Notes: generated by a model not told the origin, from the letters alone. Counted from the first letter of the stretch, positions 39,249 to 51,874 are shown. The stretch: DNA of 55,656 nucleotides from an uncultured Planctomycetaceae bacterium (GCA_963976765.1 CAXBME010000039.1:1-55656); one strand, 5' to 3'. A program made the numbers and translations.

Positions 39249-39599
39249 GGGGCGTCTCCCATTTCACGCAATTTGAGCTTTGAAGTGAGGTTACGTCGGC
39301 AATCAGATGTCCCTCGTTCGGCCTGACCGGATTCCTGAGTTGCCAGGATTTGAACGTGAAACTTGAACCGTTGCCCGGAGAAGTGAAACGCGGCAACGTT
39401 GAAAAATGACCCGGACTAAAAGAGTCGCGAGGCAGCAACTTAGCTAAGCGTAAGAAGATGTGACAGAGATGGCCGATTCTGAAGTGGCCCCTGCGGACTG
39501 TCAAGCACCTGTTCGTTCCCGTTCGACGCTTCTGGCTGCAAGGGTTGATTTGCCTGACTTTCGTCCCTTTAACCTGATCGCGACCGGGAGACGGAAAAG

Positions 39600-41375
39600 T
39601 CACTTTGCCGTCAGGTTAATGATTCCGGTCCAGTCGGCGGGCGGTTCGTAGTTGTGAGATGCGATCTGCAGAAGCAGGAAGTCCTTGGCTCGATCCTTGA
39701 CCGGCATCTGTCCAAGCAACTCGCGAGCTTCGTCCCAGTCGCCGGCTATGAAGGCAGCCACGGCGGCTTCAAAATCGATGATGTTCTGATCGCTGAGGTC
39801 GCTGCGTTTCTCGGGGGGCAGCAACTGATTGACGTCGATCGGAGCATTGACTCCGACTGGCTTGATTAAGCCAATTCGGCGGCAACGCCCTTCTTTTGTC
39901 GGCAGCGACGCTCGCACGGCATCCGCCGTTGGGCCATCGACAAGGATTGGGCAGCCGATCTGCTTGGTCATGCTTTCCAGTCGGGCTCCCAGATTCACGA
40001 CCGGCCCGAAAACGCCAACTTTCGCCTGATGTTTCGTCCCGATTCGGCCGGCGATCGCTTTGCCACAGGCGACGCCGATTCCGATACGGAAGCCTTTGAG
40101 ATCAGAATTTCTGGATTCAGAGTTCGCCAGATCGAACGTGCTCAGCATGGCCAGAGCGGCCCGGCAGGCCGGCAGTGGACCTTCTGTTAACGGTAGCGGC
40201 CAGCCCCAGAATCCTAAGGCTGAGTCGCCCTGAAAGTCGGCGATCGCGCCGTCATGATTCACGATATTGGTCGTCATGACTTCCAGCGCCTCGCTCACCC
40301 GGTCGAGCAGTCGCTGGAGGTTGTGTTTCGACTTTTCAGCGATTCTTGAATACCCGCGCAGGTCGCAGAACAGTACGGCTGTATCATTTTCCGTTGGTTT
40401 GAGTGTTCTGCCATCTCCGGCTTTGGAGACCGCCTCAACAACCGCTGGCGAGAAAAACTGCCTCATTCCGGCAAACTGATCTTCGAGGCAGCGGACTTGC
40501 CGGATGGCTCCCACGAGCTGCGAGATCAACTCGGCAATCTGGACGTCGCCAGCGAGGTCGTCGGGCGTAAGTCCCGGCGGAAGTGAGTCCGCATCGCCGA
40601 ATCGGCCGGAAACATAGATGCACCAGGCGTTTGCCGAACCCGCGGCAATTGGAACGCAGAATCCCCAGCGGCCACGATCGGCGGAAAACGGGCTGGATTC
40701 AGTTCCATCGTTTTCACGGCGAACTCTCACAATGCTTTGTTGCTGCTTGACGGCTGCAGCGACCATTGTCCGGCTGATTTTCAGTCGGTCAGCATCCTCG
40801 CCGCCATTCCAGTGAAGCACCTTTGGTTTGGCTGTCCGAATGGAATCCGGGTCTTTGCAGTCGAGCACGGTGATCGCCGTGGCGTGAGGAATGACCGCTG
40901 ACAGGATATCGATCAGCGCGACGCTCAATTCGCGATCGCTGGTGGACAGCCAGAGATTGTGAGAGAACTGCGAAACCATCGCGACGCGATGATCGGCCTG
41001 TCGAAGAGCGACCTGCGTGTGATTGGCGCCGTGAGGGTCGTCGGCTTCCAGAAGTCGCCGAATCTGCGATTCCGGGCTGTCGCTGACGATGTGAAACATC
41101 GTGCTGCCGATACGAAACTCTTCCCCGACCTGGATGCGCGACTGCTGGCAGGATGTCCCGCGAATAAGGATTGGGTTGAGCGCACCTTCCAGGCAGCGGA
41201 TCGTAGCTTCACCGCCGTCCCATTCGAGACAGGCGTGCCGGCGCGAGACTTTGAGGTCCCATTTGACCGCGCAGTCGTTGTCTGACCCTCGACCAATATG
41301 CAACAGTCCGCCTTCGGAGATCGGACATTGCAGAAGTTGTGCCGGCTCAGGTCCCTGAGCGACAAGATGCGGCAT
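39600..41375 (-). CDS. FHA-domain class III nucleotidyl (adenylate/guanylate) cyclase
   Basis: FHA IGR..VSRRHA; cyclase LFCDLRGYS, FQGD, RIGIG..G, GPVVNLGARLE; ATG at 41375 after aggag. Confidence 0.87.
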   Translation of the reverse strand: MPHLVAQGPEPAQLLQCPISEGGLLHIGRGSDNDCAVKWDLKVSRRHACLEWDGGEATIRCLEGALNPILIRGTSCQQSRIQVGEEFRIGSTMFHIVSDSPESQIRRLLEADDPHGANHTQVALRQADHRVAMVSQFSHNLWLSTSDRELSVALIDILSAVIPHATAITVLDCKDPDSIRTAKPKVLHWNGGEDADRLKISRTMVAAAVKQQQSIVRVRRENDGTESSPFSADRGRWGFCVPIAAGSANAWCIYVSGRFGDADSLPPGLTPDDLAGDVQIAELISQLVGAIRQVRCLEDQFAGMRQFFSPAVVEAVSKAGDGRTLKPTENDTAVLFCDLRGYSRIAEKSKHNLQRLLDRVSEALEVMTTNIVNHDGAIADFQGDSALGFWGWPLPLTEGPLPACRAALAMLSTFDLANSESRNSDLKGFRIGIGVACGKAIAGRIGTKHQAKVGVFGPVVNLGARLESMTKQIGCPILVDGPTADAVRASLPTKEGRCRRIGLIKPVGVNAPIDVNQLLPPEKRSDLSDQNIIDFEAAVAAFIAGDWDEARELLGQMPVKDRAKDFLLLQIASHNYEPPADWTGIINLTAK

Positions 41376-41732
41376 GACTCCTCTTTTTCTGATGAGGAAC
41401 TGAACATCCTCGTGACAATGGTCGAAGGGAACGTTCGACCCACCTGGCTGTCGGCATCCGGTCTCTGCACGAAAGAGCACAAAGGTGACAGCGATTCGTT
41501 GAGTTTTACGTCATCCACAGGGCAAGTTGCCAGCCACGCGGAATACTTCTGCGCCTGCGGAAAAAGTGGAGGATCGCCCGGCCAGGCTTGAACACGGGCC
41601 AGTTCCGTAAGGTCGGAGCGGGCGAGACTCTGTTCAGGCATTTGGTTCGGTCCTGCCGGAACTGCGCGGAGTCTGTTCCTGCCTGCAGAATGTAAGACTC
41701 TTCAATCGGGGGCGAAATGACGTCGGTGCTGG

Positions 41733-44700
41733 TTAGTCTGCCTGTTGACGTGCCCGTTCGGCGGCGGCAAGGTCGAAGTGTTCCTGTGCCGACAGCATTG
41801 CATCGACGGCGGCTTCAACCTCGCCCATGCTGCGAAGTGTTGACCCCAGTGTATGGTAGAGCTGCCCCATGATTTCTGTGCTGGACGCAACTCCGCCGGC
41901 AGTAGTCGGGCACTCGGTCAGTCGTTCGATAGCGTACTCACTCATTTGCCGGGATTCTTCCAGTCGGTCCTGCTGACTGAGCATGCGAGCAATCGAATTC
42001 CGGAATCGCGCCGACCAGAGATAAAATGTCCCGACATTCGGTTCGCGTCTGACGAGTGACTCCTGAAGTTCAAGCGCCGATCGCAAATTCCGCTCTGCTT
42101 CAGCCATTAGCGTGCGGTGTTCAGGGCCGTAAAATTCCCGAGCATGACGTTCCTGGGTCGTTGCCTGTCGGCTGAGGATATGAATCAGTGCGTTCGTGTA
42201 GGCCGGCACCGTCGGATGCTCTTCGACCAGTTGCCGAGCATGTTCGGCGGCCATTGCCAGGCTGGCCTCGGCGAGTTCAACATCTTCTGGCCGCATTCCG
42301 TCGGGGCGACTTTCTGCCTCGGCATAAGATTCCGCCAGTGCGAGCCGATATTCCGGATGTTCGGGAAATTCGTCGACCAGTGCTTCGAGCAGTTTGCAGG
42401 CTTGATTCAACGTTGAGTTGATGCCGCCATTCTGTTGCTGCGAAGTTTCGCGCAAACACAGAGCCAGCAGAAAACGATACCTGGCAACGTCCGGCGCTTC
42501 GGTGGTTAAGTTTTCCAGGAGCGCAATCGCCTGAGAAAAATGTCTGGCTCGTTCTTTCTGATCACCGTTTCTCAGCGGCGGATGTCGGAACGGGCCATTG
42601 CGTAGACCTCGCCGATCAGGGCCGAATTCTCCAGGTCGACCTTGTGGTTCCGGTCGCCGGAATTCGTTGGAAGGAAATCGTTCGCCAGGTCCGGGACGAA
42701 GATTATCTCTCCGCGGAAAGTCTCCGGGGCCGTCAGAGAACTCTTGAAACTGTTGAGTCATTACCGACTCACCAGGACGAAGCCGGCGCGCCAGCAGGCT
42801 GTGAGTTCGAGCTTTTTCATATCGAACGCTGGCGAGTCGCTGATCAGCTTCGGGCAAAGACTCCAGCAGCTCCATCGCCAGGCGATGCGAATTTTGAGAA
42901 GTCTCCTGCTGAGCAAGCATCAGCTCGCAGGCTCCAATTCCGTTCAGCAAGCCGGCCTTGATGAGGATCGGATTGCCAAACGCACTCGTCCGATCGCGGG
43001 CGGAGAGATTTTCGTAATCCGAAATTGCAATGCGGTACGACGTGATTGCTGATTCGTACCTGCCGAGCCGCTGGTAAATGTCACCAACCCGCTGCCGAGC
43101 CTGAGCACATTTCAAAAGGAGCTTCGGATCGTCGTCAGACTGACTGGCCAGTCGTTCGTAAAATTCCAGCATCCCCGCGAGCAGCCGAGCGGCTTCGGGC
43201 GACAACACCGCAAGTTCAGCACCGGAAGCACCATCACCGGCCAGCGAAGAACTGGAAGCTGCGATAGAGTCTCCTGGGGCGAACTTTTCGAAGATCCGAT
43301 CGAGCGCTTCGAGGGCCAGGTCAGACGTTTCTTCGGCGCGTTTCCGCTGATCCCGTTCAGCCGTGTAACCGACAGCGGCGGCCACAGCGAACATCGTCAG
43401 CGACAGAGCGGTTGCCAACGACAAGCCGGCAACAACCGGGTTGCGACGTCCCCATCGCCAGAGCTTTTCCAGTGAACCTGCCCGCCTGGCGAGGATCGGT
43501 CGGTCAGCCGCGAAGCGACGCAGGTCTTCAGCCAGTTCGCCCGCCGTCTGATAGCGGTGCTTAACGTCTGGCGCGGTCGCTTTCAGGATGACCGTTTCCA
43601 GATCACGGGGGATGTGGGCGACAATCTTGCGCAGCGGCGCGAGATGCCCTCCCATAATCTCGTTGATCAGTCCGCTGCGGCTGGTGGCCGACCACGCTCG
43701 CTTCCGGGTGACCAGCTCGTAAAGCGTGATGCCCAGGCTGTAGATGTCGCTGCGCGAGTCTGTATTTCCGCGGAACTGTTCCGGAGCCATGTATCGAACT
43801 GTGCCGACAACATTCTCGGTGTGAGTGATATCGTCGCCTTCCATCGCCTTGGCGAGTCCGAAGTCCGTCACCCAGACGACTCCGTTTCCGTCGAGCATCA
43901 GGTTGCCTGGTTTGATGTCTCGATGCAGCGTCCCTTGAGCATGTGCGTAGTGCAGCCCGTCAGCCGCCTGGATACCGATCTCGACAATCTGCGCGATGCT
44001 CAGACCGTCCGGCACTGGTGTGTCACTTCCAGCTTGCTTTGCCGTTTCGCTGGCGGTCGACTCCGTATTGGGTAACAGCCCGGAAGGTGTGCCACTGGCT
44101 ACGTCAGTGCTTCCGGAGCTGCCGGCTGGCGACGTCGCAACACTGGCAAAGCCAGTGGCACTCGAAACGTCCCCACTGTCGCATCCATCGTCTTCGACCT
44201 TCGGAAGCGACGGAATCGACAGGCTGGTTGAATGGTCATTGATCAGGTTGCTGAGTCCGGAACTCTGCTCATCGGAGTTCGCCGGAACCACGGGGATCGA
44301 TTTTGCGGTCGCAACCGAAACCGTGCTTGCTGAGTTGTCGACGTCGCCCTTTCGATCCGGGTTCTGGCCGGGAACAAGTGACGCCAGGCTTTGCGACTGA
44401 CCCTGATCCGTCAGCCCGTCCAGTTCGGTCATCAGTTGCGACGCGACTGAGTCTGACGCCGTTCCGGTATGGTCGCCGGTAAAAGTGTCGAGGCCGATGC
44501 CATCAATGAGCTGCATGACGTAGTAATGAAATCCTTCAGCCTCGCCGACGCCGAACACAGGAACGATGTTGGTATGGTGAAGCCGGGCCGCGGTTCGGGC
44601 TTCGCGCTGGAACCTTTTGACAAGCTCCGGCTGACTGACCGAAAGCAGCGGCAGAGCTTTGATAGCGACTCGCCGGCCCAGTGACATTTGCTCGGCTTCA

Positions 44701-45098
44701 TAAACGACCCCCATACCGCCTCGGCCGATTTCGCGAATGATGCGAAAGTCGCCAAGCTTCGACAGCGGAACATGGCCGGCGATCATTCCTCGATTCTTGA
44801 GCGGTCGCTGGTCCTGTTCGATCTGAACTTTCAGCCCCTCCATCTGAGCGATGGTTGGAAACAGGTCGCAGATTTCTTTGGCCAGATCCGGATGCTGCCT
44901 GGCATATTCGGCAATCGTTGGAGATTCACCCTGGCGGTATCGTTCGACGAATTCAGCCGCAAGCTCATCCAGCCGATCTTCGACCGGTTCGCCGTCAACG
45001 AAAGTTTCCTCGTCCTGGTTGCTGGCCAAGGGCAGACTCGAATACGCAACGCGAGATTCCAGATCAGCCGGCCCGGTGAATTCGATATACGATTTCAT
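41733..45098 (-). CDS. Hanks-type Ser/Thr protein kinase with TM segment and C-terminal TPR-like region
   Basis: IGRGGMGVVYEA, VAIK, HRDIKPGN, DFGLA, GT.RYMAPEQ, SDIYSLG. Start uncertain (45098 ATG or 45029 TTG). Confidence 0.92.
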   Translation of the reverse strand: MKSYIEFTGPADLESRVAYSSLPLASNQDEETFVDGEPVEDRLDELAAEFVERYRQGESPTIAEYARQHPDLAKEICDLFPTIAQMEGLKVQIEQDQRPLKNRGMIAGHVPLSKLGDFRIIREIGRGGMGVVYEAEQMSLGRRVAIKALPLLSVSQPELVKRFQREARTAARLHHTNIVPVFGVGEAEGFHYYVMQLIDGIGLDTFTGDHTGTASDSVASQLMTELDGLTDQGQSQSLASLVPGQNPDRKGDVDNSASTVSVATAKSIPVVPANSDEQSSGLSNLINDHSTSLSIPSLPKVEDDGCDSGDVSSATGFASVATSPAGSSGSTDVASGTPSGLLPNTESTASETAKQAGSDTPVPDGLSIAQIVEIGIQAADGLHYAHAQGTLHRDIKPGNLMLDGNGVVWVTDFGLAKAMEGDDITHTENVVGTVRYMAPEQFRGNTDSRSDIYSLGITLYELVTRKRAWSATSRSGLINEIMGGHLAPLRKIVAHIPRDLETVILKATAPDVKHRYQTAGELAEDLRRFAADRPILARRAGSLEKLWRWGRRNPVVAGLSLATALSLTMFAVAAAVGYTAERDQRKRAEETSDLALEALDRIFEKFAPGDSIAASSSSLAGDGASGAELAVLSPEAARLLAGMLEFYERLASQSDDDPKLLLKCAQARQRVGDIYQRLGRYESAITSYRIAISDYENLSARDRTSAFGNPILIKAGLLNGIGACELMLAQQETSQNSHRLAMELLESLPEADQRLASVRYEKARTHSLLARRLRPGESVMTQQFQEFSDGPGDFPRRDNLRPGPGERFPSNEFRRPEPQGRPGEFGPDRRGLRNGPFRHPPLRNGDQKERARHFSQAIALLENLTTEAPDVARYRFLLALCLRETSQQQNGGINSTLNQACKLLEALVDEFPEHPEYRLALAESYAEAESRPDGMRPEDVELAEASLAMAAEHARQLVEEHPTVPAYTNALIHILSRQATTQERHAREFYGPEHRTLMAEAERNLRSALELQESLVRREPNVGTFYLWSARFRNSIARMLSQQDRLEESRQMSEYAIERLTECPTTAGGVASSTEIMGQLYHTLGSTLRSMGEVEAAVDAMLSAQEHFDLAAAERARQQAD

Positions 45099-45498
45099 GA
45101 GGCGGCTCCGGAAAGTGCAGATCACTGTGCAGCACCTTCTTCCGTCTGGCGAGCTTTCGTCGTGAGAAGCACGTACTCACGGAAAACCTGCCAGCTGGAG
45201 AAGTCTGACAGAAAACAAACTCCGCCCTCGGATAACCCCGTGTGAAGCCACTCGGAATCCACGTGGGAAATAACGGGCACAAAGTTTGAAACGAAAGACT
45301 TCAGCACTTCACTACGCAAATTCCGGTCGGTTGTCCAGAACACGCCCCCTCGAGTGGGATTTTGGACAATCGGGAACTCGTAGCGGCAATCAGCAAAATC
45401 CGCGGGGTGGGCTGTACCTGTAACTTTGAATTAATTCACAGGCTGCCCGCAAGCCGTGGCTCGCAGTCATGGCGCAGGGCCAGTCCTGGCGGAAGGCG

Positions 45499-46437
45499 TC
45501 AGCCCTTCATGGAGCCAGGGGCGGTGTGGCTGGCCGAATGGCTCAGCAAGTTGAGCAGGTACTGACCGTAGCCGTTATTCTTCATTGGCTCGGCAAGTTT
45601 CTGAACCTGTTCGTCAGTGATGTATTTCATTCGCCAGGCGATTTCTTCCGGGCACGCGATCTTGAGTCCCTGCCGGGATTCCAGCACGCTCACAAACTGA
45701 GCGGCTTCGATCAGCGAATCATGCGTGCCGGTGTCGAGCCAGGCCGTGCCGCGTCGCCAGACTTCGACTTCAAGGTCACCTCGTTCGAGGTAAACCCGGT
45801 TGACGTCGGTAATTTCCAGTTCGCCGCGTGGGGACGGCTTCAGGCTTTTGGCGATCTCGACAACGTCTTTGTCATAAAAATAGAGGCCGGTGACGGCAAA
45901 GTTCGATCGAGGAACTTTGGGTTTTTCTTCGATCTCCGTTGGCTTTCCCGCTTCATCAAGCACGACCACGCCGTATCGCTCAGGGTCGCTGACGTGGTAG
46001 GCAAAGACCGTCGCCCCTGTCGTCTGACGGCTCGCGCTCTGGAGTGACTGGCTGAGATTCTGGCCGTAGAAAATATTGTCGCCAAGCACCAGGCTCGACA
46101 GGCCATCGCCGACGAACGATTCTCCAATCAGGAATGCCTGAGCGAGACCGCCTGGGGTCGGCTGCTCGGCATACTGCAGATTCAGTCCCCACTGCGAACC
46201 GTCTTCCAGCAGTCGCTGATAGAGCGGCAGGTCGTGCGGCGTGCTGATGACGAGGATGTCTCGGATGCCCGCCAGCATGAGTGTGGTCAGCGGGTAGTAG
46301 ACCATCGGTTTGTCATAAACCGGCAGAAGCTGCTTACTGACAACTCGAGTCGCCGGATGAAGCCGAGTGCCCGATCCACCCGCCAGAAGGATCCCGCGTC
46401 GAGTTGCTGTTGATCCGCCCGCTGCTGACTGCGTCAT
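45499..46437 (-). CDS. rfbA: Glucose-1-phosphate thymidylyltransferase (RmlA)
   Basis: [14 protein letters not shown]...[39 protein letters not shown]. Confidence 0.95.
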   Translation of the reverse strand: MTQSAAGGSTATRRGILLAGGSGTRLHPATRVVSKQLLPVYDKPMVYYPLTTLMLAGIRDILVISTPHDLPLYQRLLEDGSQWGLNLQYAEQPTPGGLAQAFLIGESFVGDGLSSLVLGDNIFYGQNLSQSLQSASRQTTGATVFAYHVSDPERYGVVVLDEAGKPTEIEEKPKVPRSNFAVTGLYFYDKDVVEIAKSLKPSPRGELEITDVNRVYLERGDLEVEVWRRGTAWLDTGTHDSLIEAAQFVSVLESRQGLKIACPEEIAWRMKYITDEQVQKLAEPMKNNGYGQYLLNLLSHSASHTAPGSMKG

Positions 46438-46583
46438 CGTCGTTCTCCGTTCGTGCTGAATGTGCTTCCCTGCGTGCTGATCAGATTGCGTCTTCAGCAC
46501 TTAACGTCGTCAGAGCTGGAAAAGTAAGGCCGCCTGCGTCGATGTCAACTCGTTCTGCCGAATCAGTGTGATTGATTCGTCGC

Positions 46584-48371
46584 TCAAGTCGAAATTTCCG
46601 ACACTTCGGTAACCGAAGCAGCTGTAGCGGCCTTTGCCGGTTGCCAGTCGATGAGGTGGATTTCTACGTTCTCACGACCTCGAAAACGGTTAATGACTGG
46701 AGCAAAGCAGATCGAAATCGGGCCGTCGACTTCGGCGATTTCGTCAGCCCATTCTCCTTTGCCGAAGGCGACAGCTCGAAGTGTGGTTCCGTAATGCCGG
46801 ACACGAAGATCCAGGTGCCTTTCTCCTTCGCCCATCTTTCTGGGTTTGCCGGAGACTTCGACTCTGGTTGAAGCAAACACTGGGCGCGGGTTCGACGCGC
46901 CGAAGGGGCCGAGTTCTTCGAGTCCGGTAATCGCTCGATGCGTCAGGTCTGCCAGTCGAACTTCGGCATCGACAGAAAGTTCAACGTCGCTGGATTTCAC
47001 TTCGTGGTTCGCCGCGACGTACTCGCACAGGTCTGCTCGAAAGGCGTCGATATTTTCCCGATCGATTTTCAAACCCGCCGCGACCTTGTGCCCACCGAAC
47101 GAAACCAGATGCTGCTGGCAATGCTTCATGCCGGAATGTAAATCGAAGCCGGCGAAGGAACGCCCCGAACCCTGCCCCGGCTCGTCAGGACGGTGCAGTG
47201 AAATCAGAATCGTTGGTCGCTCAAAGTGCTCGGCGACTCGATTGGCGACGATCCCAATCACTCCGGGATGCCAGTCGGAATGGGCCAGTACCAGAGCTTT
47301 CTGTTCGAGCCACTCCGGGTGGTCGGCGACCAGCTCTTTTGCCTGTCGGAGAATTCTCCGCTCAACTGTTTTCCGGTTGTTGTTGAGCTGGTCGAGATAT
47401 TCCACCAGCGCGACGACTCGTTCTCTGTCGTCGGTCGTCAGCAGTTCGACTGCCAGCCGCGCCTGGCCCAGTCGACCGGCAGCGTTGATGCGCGGAGCGA
47501 TTCCGAATCCGATGTCTTCTGAAGTGAGCACTTTCTGATCGTCAGAACCTGAGATTTTCATCAGCGCTTTCAAGCCGGGACTGGACAGCTCCAGCAGGCT
47601 CGCCAGACCATACCGCACGATGATCCGGTTTTCTCCAACCAGCGGAACGACGTCGGCAATCGTGCCGATTGCCGCCAGCCCGACGGCCGACATCAGGAAG
47701 TTGCGCATGCGAGGCGACGCTTTCTCACCATCGCCCATTTTCTTGCAGACGGCCCAGGCAAGCTTGAAAGCGACGCCCGCTCCGCAAAGATCGCCGAACG
47801 GATAATCGGTGCCGGGCAGTCGGGGATGGACGACGACCGACGCTTCAGGAATCGTTTCCGCCATGTTGTGATGATCGGTAATGATCAGTTCAAGTCCGAG
47901 TTCTTTCGCGATGGCCGCGTCGCCCACACTGGTGATGCCGCAGTCGACAGTGATGACCAGTCTCGTTCCGTCTTCTTCGTGAAGCTGGCGGATGGCGTCG
48001 CTGTTCAGACCGTAACCTTCATCCAGTCGGTGCGGGATGTAATAGTCAACGGTCGCGCCCAGCAGAGTCAGGCAATGCCAGAGAATCGACGTCGACGTCA
48101 CGCCGTCCACGTCATAATCACCGTAGATGGTGATTCGACGTTTGGCGGCGATGGCCGCGACAATTCGATCGGTTGCTTCCGGGACGCCCGGCAGCAACTC
48201 GGGAGCGTGGAGGTCGACCAGTCGAGCGGACAGGAATTCGCTGGCCTGTTCGCCGTTTTCGAAGCCTCGTGAGGCCAGGATCTGTGCGATCAGGACTGGC
48301 TTTTTCAACTCTGACGCGAGCCGCTGAACGATGGCTTCGTCGTACGGGGGGAATCTCCAGACTTTAGACAT
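46584..48371 (-). CDS. recJ: Single-stranded-DNA-specific exonuclease RecJ
   Basis: YGDYDVDG, EGYG, TVDCG, TDHH, GTIADVVPL, PRINAAGR, GSGRS, GGH..AAG. Confidence 0.96.
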   Translation of the reverse strand: MSKVWRFPPYDEAIVQRLASELKKPVLIAQILASRGFENGEQASEFLSARLVDLHAPELLPGVPEATDRIVAAIAAKRRITIYGDYDVDGVTSTSILWHCLTLLGATVDYYIPHRLDEGYGLNSDAIRQLHEEDGTRLVITVDCGITSVGDAAIAKELGLELIITDHHNMAETIPEASVVVHPRLPGTDYPFGDLCGAGVAFKLAWAVCKKMGDGEKASPRMRNFLMSAVGLAAIGTIADVVPLVGENRIIVRYGLASLLELSSPGLKALMKISGSDDQKVLTSEDIGFGIAPRINAAGRLGQARLAVELLTTDDRERVVALVEYLDQLNNNRKTVERRILRQAKELVADHPEWLEQKALVLAHSDWHPGVIGIVANRVAEHFERPTILISLHRPDEPGQGSGRSFAGFDLHSGMKHCQQHLVSFGGHKVAAGLKIDRENIDAFRADLCEYVAANHEVKSSDVELSVDAEVRLADLTHRAITGLEELGPFGASNPRPVFASTRVEVSGKPRKMGEGERHLDLRVRHYGTTLRAVAFGKGEWADEIAEVDGPISICFAPVINRFRGRENVEIHLIDWQPAKAATAASVTEVSEIST

Positions 48372-48639
48372 CGAAGCACTTTCTCTCGCCGATCCTGCGC
48401 GAGCTGCACGCGGTGTTTTGCTGCCAGTTGAACGGGGCTGCCGAACTCTCCCGTCAGTGGCGCCTTCCTAACCTCGTGGCAATCTGTTCGCAAGGTTCCG
48501 GTTACGAAACCACTTCTCGCAGCCAAATTCGTTAGTGAATCGACGTTGCCGCCCTACGGAAGAAAATGAACGGATTCCCCGATAGAATCGCGGGTTCGTC
48601 TGGCGGAGTTGCGACACTGAATTCCAATCCGCTACGTCG

Positions 48640-49974
<1,335 letters not shown>

Positions 49975-50037
49975 GGGTCACCCGATTCGAGCGGTGAGGG
50001 CAGGTTTATGGAGCGTTGCAGCGAACGCCCCTCTTGT

Positions 50038-50619
50038 TTACCGGGTTGCCAGCGAACTTATCGATCCGCCCGTTCCAGGGCTGTCGAGTTCAGACGTTGA
50101 CCGCAGGCCGGCAGGCTCGGGCAATACGGTTGCGGAAGGTGACTCAAGGCGATGGAGACGGCCCGTTTCAGTGCTGACTGCCATGTCTGGAATTGAAGAA
50201 ACAGTCTCAAGGTCATCATCGGTGGAGGCTTTGACGATCTCTTCGATCACCACCATCGCTCGTAAAACGTCTCGTCGAGACAACTGCCCAACGACGCAAC
50301 CGTTTTCCACGACGGCCAGACGAGGATAGCAGCTTTCGCGGAAGCAGCCGGTAACCTGGTCCAGACGCATGTCCGGTTTCAACAGGACCATGTTGCGACT
50401 CATGAACCGTGTGACGGATTCCTGCGAGTCGGTCTGAATCATGCGGGCTTTGAGCAATGCAAAATCTGACACTGTGCCAAGCAGACGTCCTTCTTCGTCA
50501 ATAATGTAGGCCTCGCTGACGGCTCGTTCGAGAATTCGCCGGGTGGCTTCTTCCACGGTGGCCAGCTCGGGAAGTAAGAGCGGCTGGGACGTCATCAGAT
50601 CTCGAACAGTGATCTGCAT
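50038..50619 (-). CDS. CBS domain pair protein
   Basis: VRDLMT...IIDEEGRLLGTVSD and V.RFMSR...VVENG.VVG.LSRRDVL; disordered C-terminal tail. Confidence 0.85.
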   Translation of the reverse strand: MQITVRDLMTSQPLLLPELATVEEATRRILERAVSEAYIIDEEGRLLGTVSDFALLKARMIQTDSQESVTRFMSRNMVLLKPDMRLDQVTGCFRESCYPRLAVVENGCVVGQLSRRDVLRAMVVIEEIVKASTDDDLETVSSIPDMAVSTETGRLHRLESPSATVLPEPAGLRSTSELDSPGTGGSISSLATR

Positions 50620-50972
50620 GGGACACTCCGGATTGATCGCAGCAAACGGATAGGGTCAAGCTGCCGGCCATAAGGCCCGTTCAGACGCGGCGACACTTCA
50701 CCGTAAGTTGCCAATCGGCAACATGTCACGCTTTCGAGTTGTCTGGACTGGATAAGTTGCGAAAAGACCACGCTTTCGGCCATCCGTAGGGATTGTGCAG
50801 GAAGAACCGGGAACACTCGTTGCGAAGGGACATTCTATTTACGATTCGTCCGGAGCGATCGTGGGCGGCGATGCTGGCTGTTGCGTGAAGCCGTATGAAC
50901 CGTGAATTCTCACTCGATCCTTTGTTCAATGCTGCGTTCACAACTCACGAATGACGAAAGCGAAACCGGGAA

Positions 50973-51710
50973 ATGCAGATTCTTCCAGCTGTTGATCTTC
51001 GAGGCGGCAAGTGTGTGCGGCTTCGACAGGGAGACTACAACCAGGAAACCGTGTTCAGCGATGACCCTGTCGAGATGGCTCAACGCTGGGCGGACGACGG
51101 CATCGAGTGGCTGCATCTGGTCGATCTGGACGGTGCCAAAGAAGGGCGACCGGTTAATCACGGCGTCGTGAAGGCAATTACCTCGGCCGTTGGGATTTCC
51201 TGCGAACTGGGCGGCGGTATTCGCGACGAAGCAGCGATCCGACTGATGCTGGACGACGTCGGTGTTGGTCGGGTTATCATCGGTACGCAGGCTCTGAAAG
51301 ACCCAGAGTGGTTCAAGCGGATGGCCGGACTGTTCCCCGGTAAGCTGGTGCTGGGGATTGACGCGCGAGACTCGATGGTGGCGACGGAAGGCTGGCTTGA
51401 TGTGTCAAAGACGTCGGCTATCGAACTGGCAAAGCAGTACGCCGATCTGGATCTGGCAGCGCTCATTTACACGAACATTGCCAACGATGGCATGATGCAG
51501 GGCGTCGACGAAGCCACGATCGACGACATGCAGAAGCTCGCAGAACTCGGCTTCCACGTCATTGCCTCCGGAGGCGTGACGACGATCGATGACGTTCACC
51601 GGTTGAAAACAGCCAACGAACAGACTCCGACTCTCGACGGTATCATCATCGGTCGAGCCCTCTACGAAGGCGCCATCAATGTCGCCGAGGCGGTGGCTGC
51701 CGCGAAGTAG
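50973..51710 (+). CDS. hisA: ProFAR isomerase (histidine biosynthesis)
   Basis: [47 protein letters not shown]. Confidence 0.96.
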   Translation: MQILPAVDLRGGKCVRLRQGDYNQETVFSDDPVEMAQRWADDGIEWLHLVDLDGAKEGRPVNHGVVKAITSAVGISCELGGGIRDEAAIRLMLDDVGVGRVIIGTQALKDPEWFKRMAGLFPGKLVLGIDARDSMVATEGWLDVSKTSAIELAKQYADLDLAALIYTNIANDGMMQGVDEATIDDMQKLAELGFHVIASGGVTTIDDVHRLKTANEQTPTLDGIIIGRALYEGAINVAEAVAAAK

Positions 51711-51874
51711 ACTCCGATCTTCAGGTCGGGTTTGCCGGGGCGATGACGCCGGATTGACGTAACCGGGGGGCCACACAGGCTTGTCCGCAGCATGAGGTTG
51801 CGCGACCATAGCGGCCTGCAATTCTGCGGGAGCTGCGCTTGCCGCCTCTCGCCATCGCCTGCCACGAATTCCGG

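Noticed and set aside
41521..41537. Sigma-54 promoter-like TGG-N10-GC (minus strand) upstream of the cyclase
   Set aside because: Spacing fits but the -24 box deviates from TGGCAC; no enhancer-binding protein nearby
45499..46437. rfbA as part of a pilin glycosylation locus
   Set aside because: Single rml gene following recJ; no glycosyltransferase or other rml genes in the window
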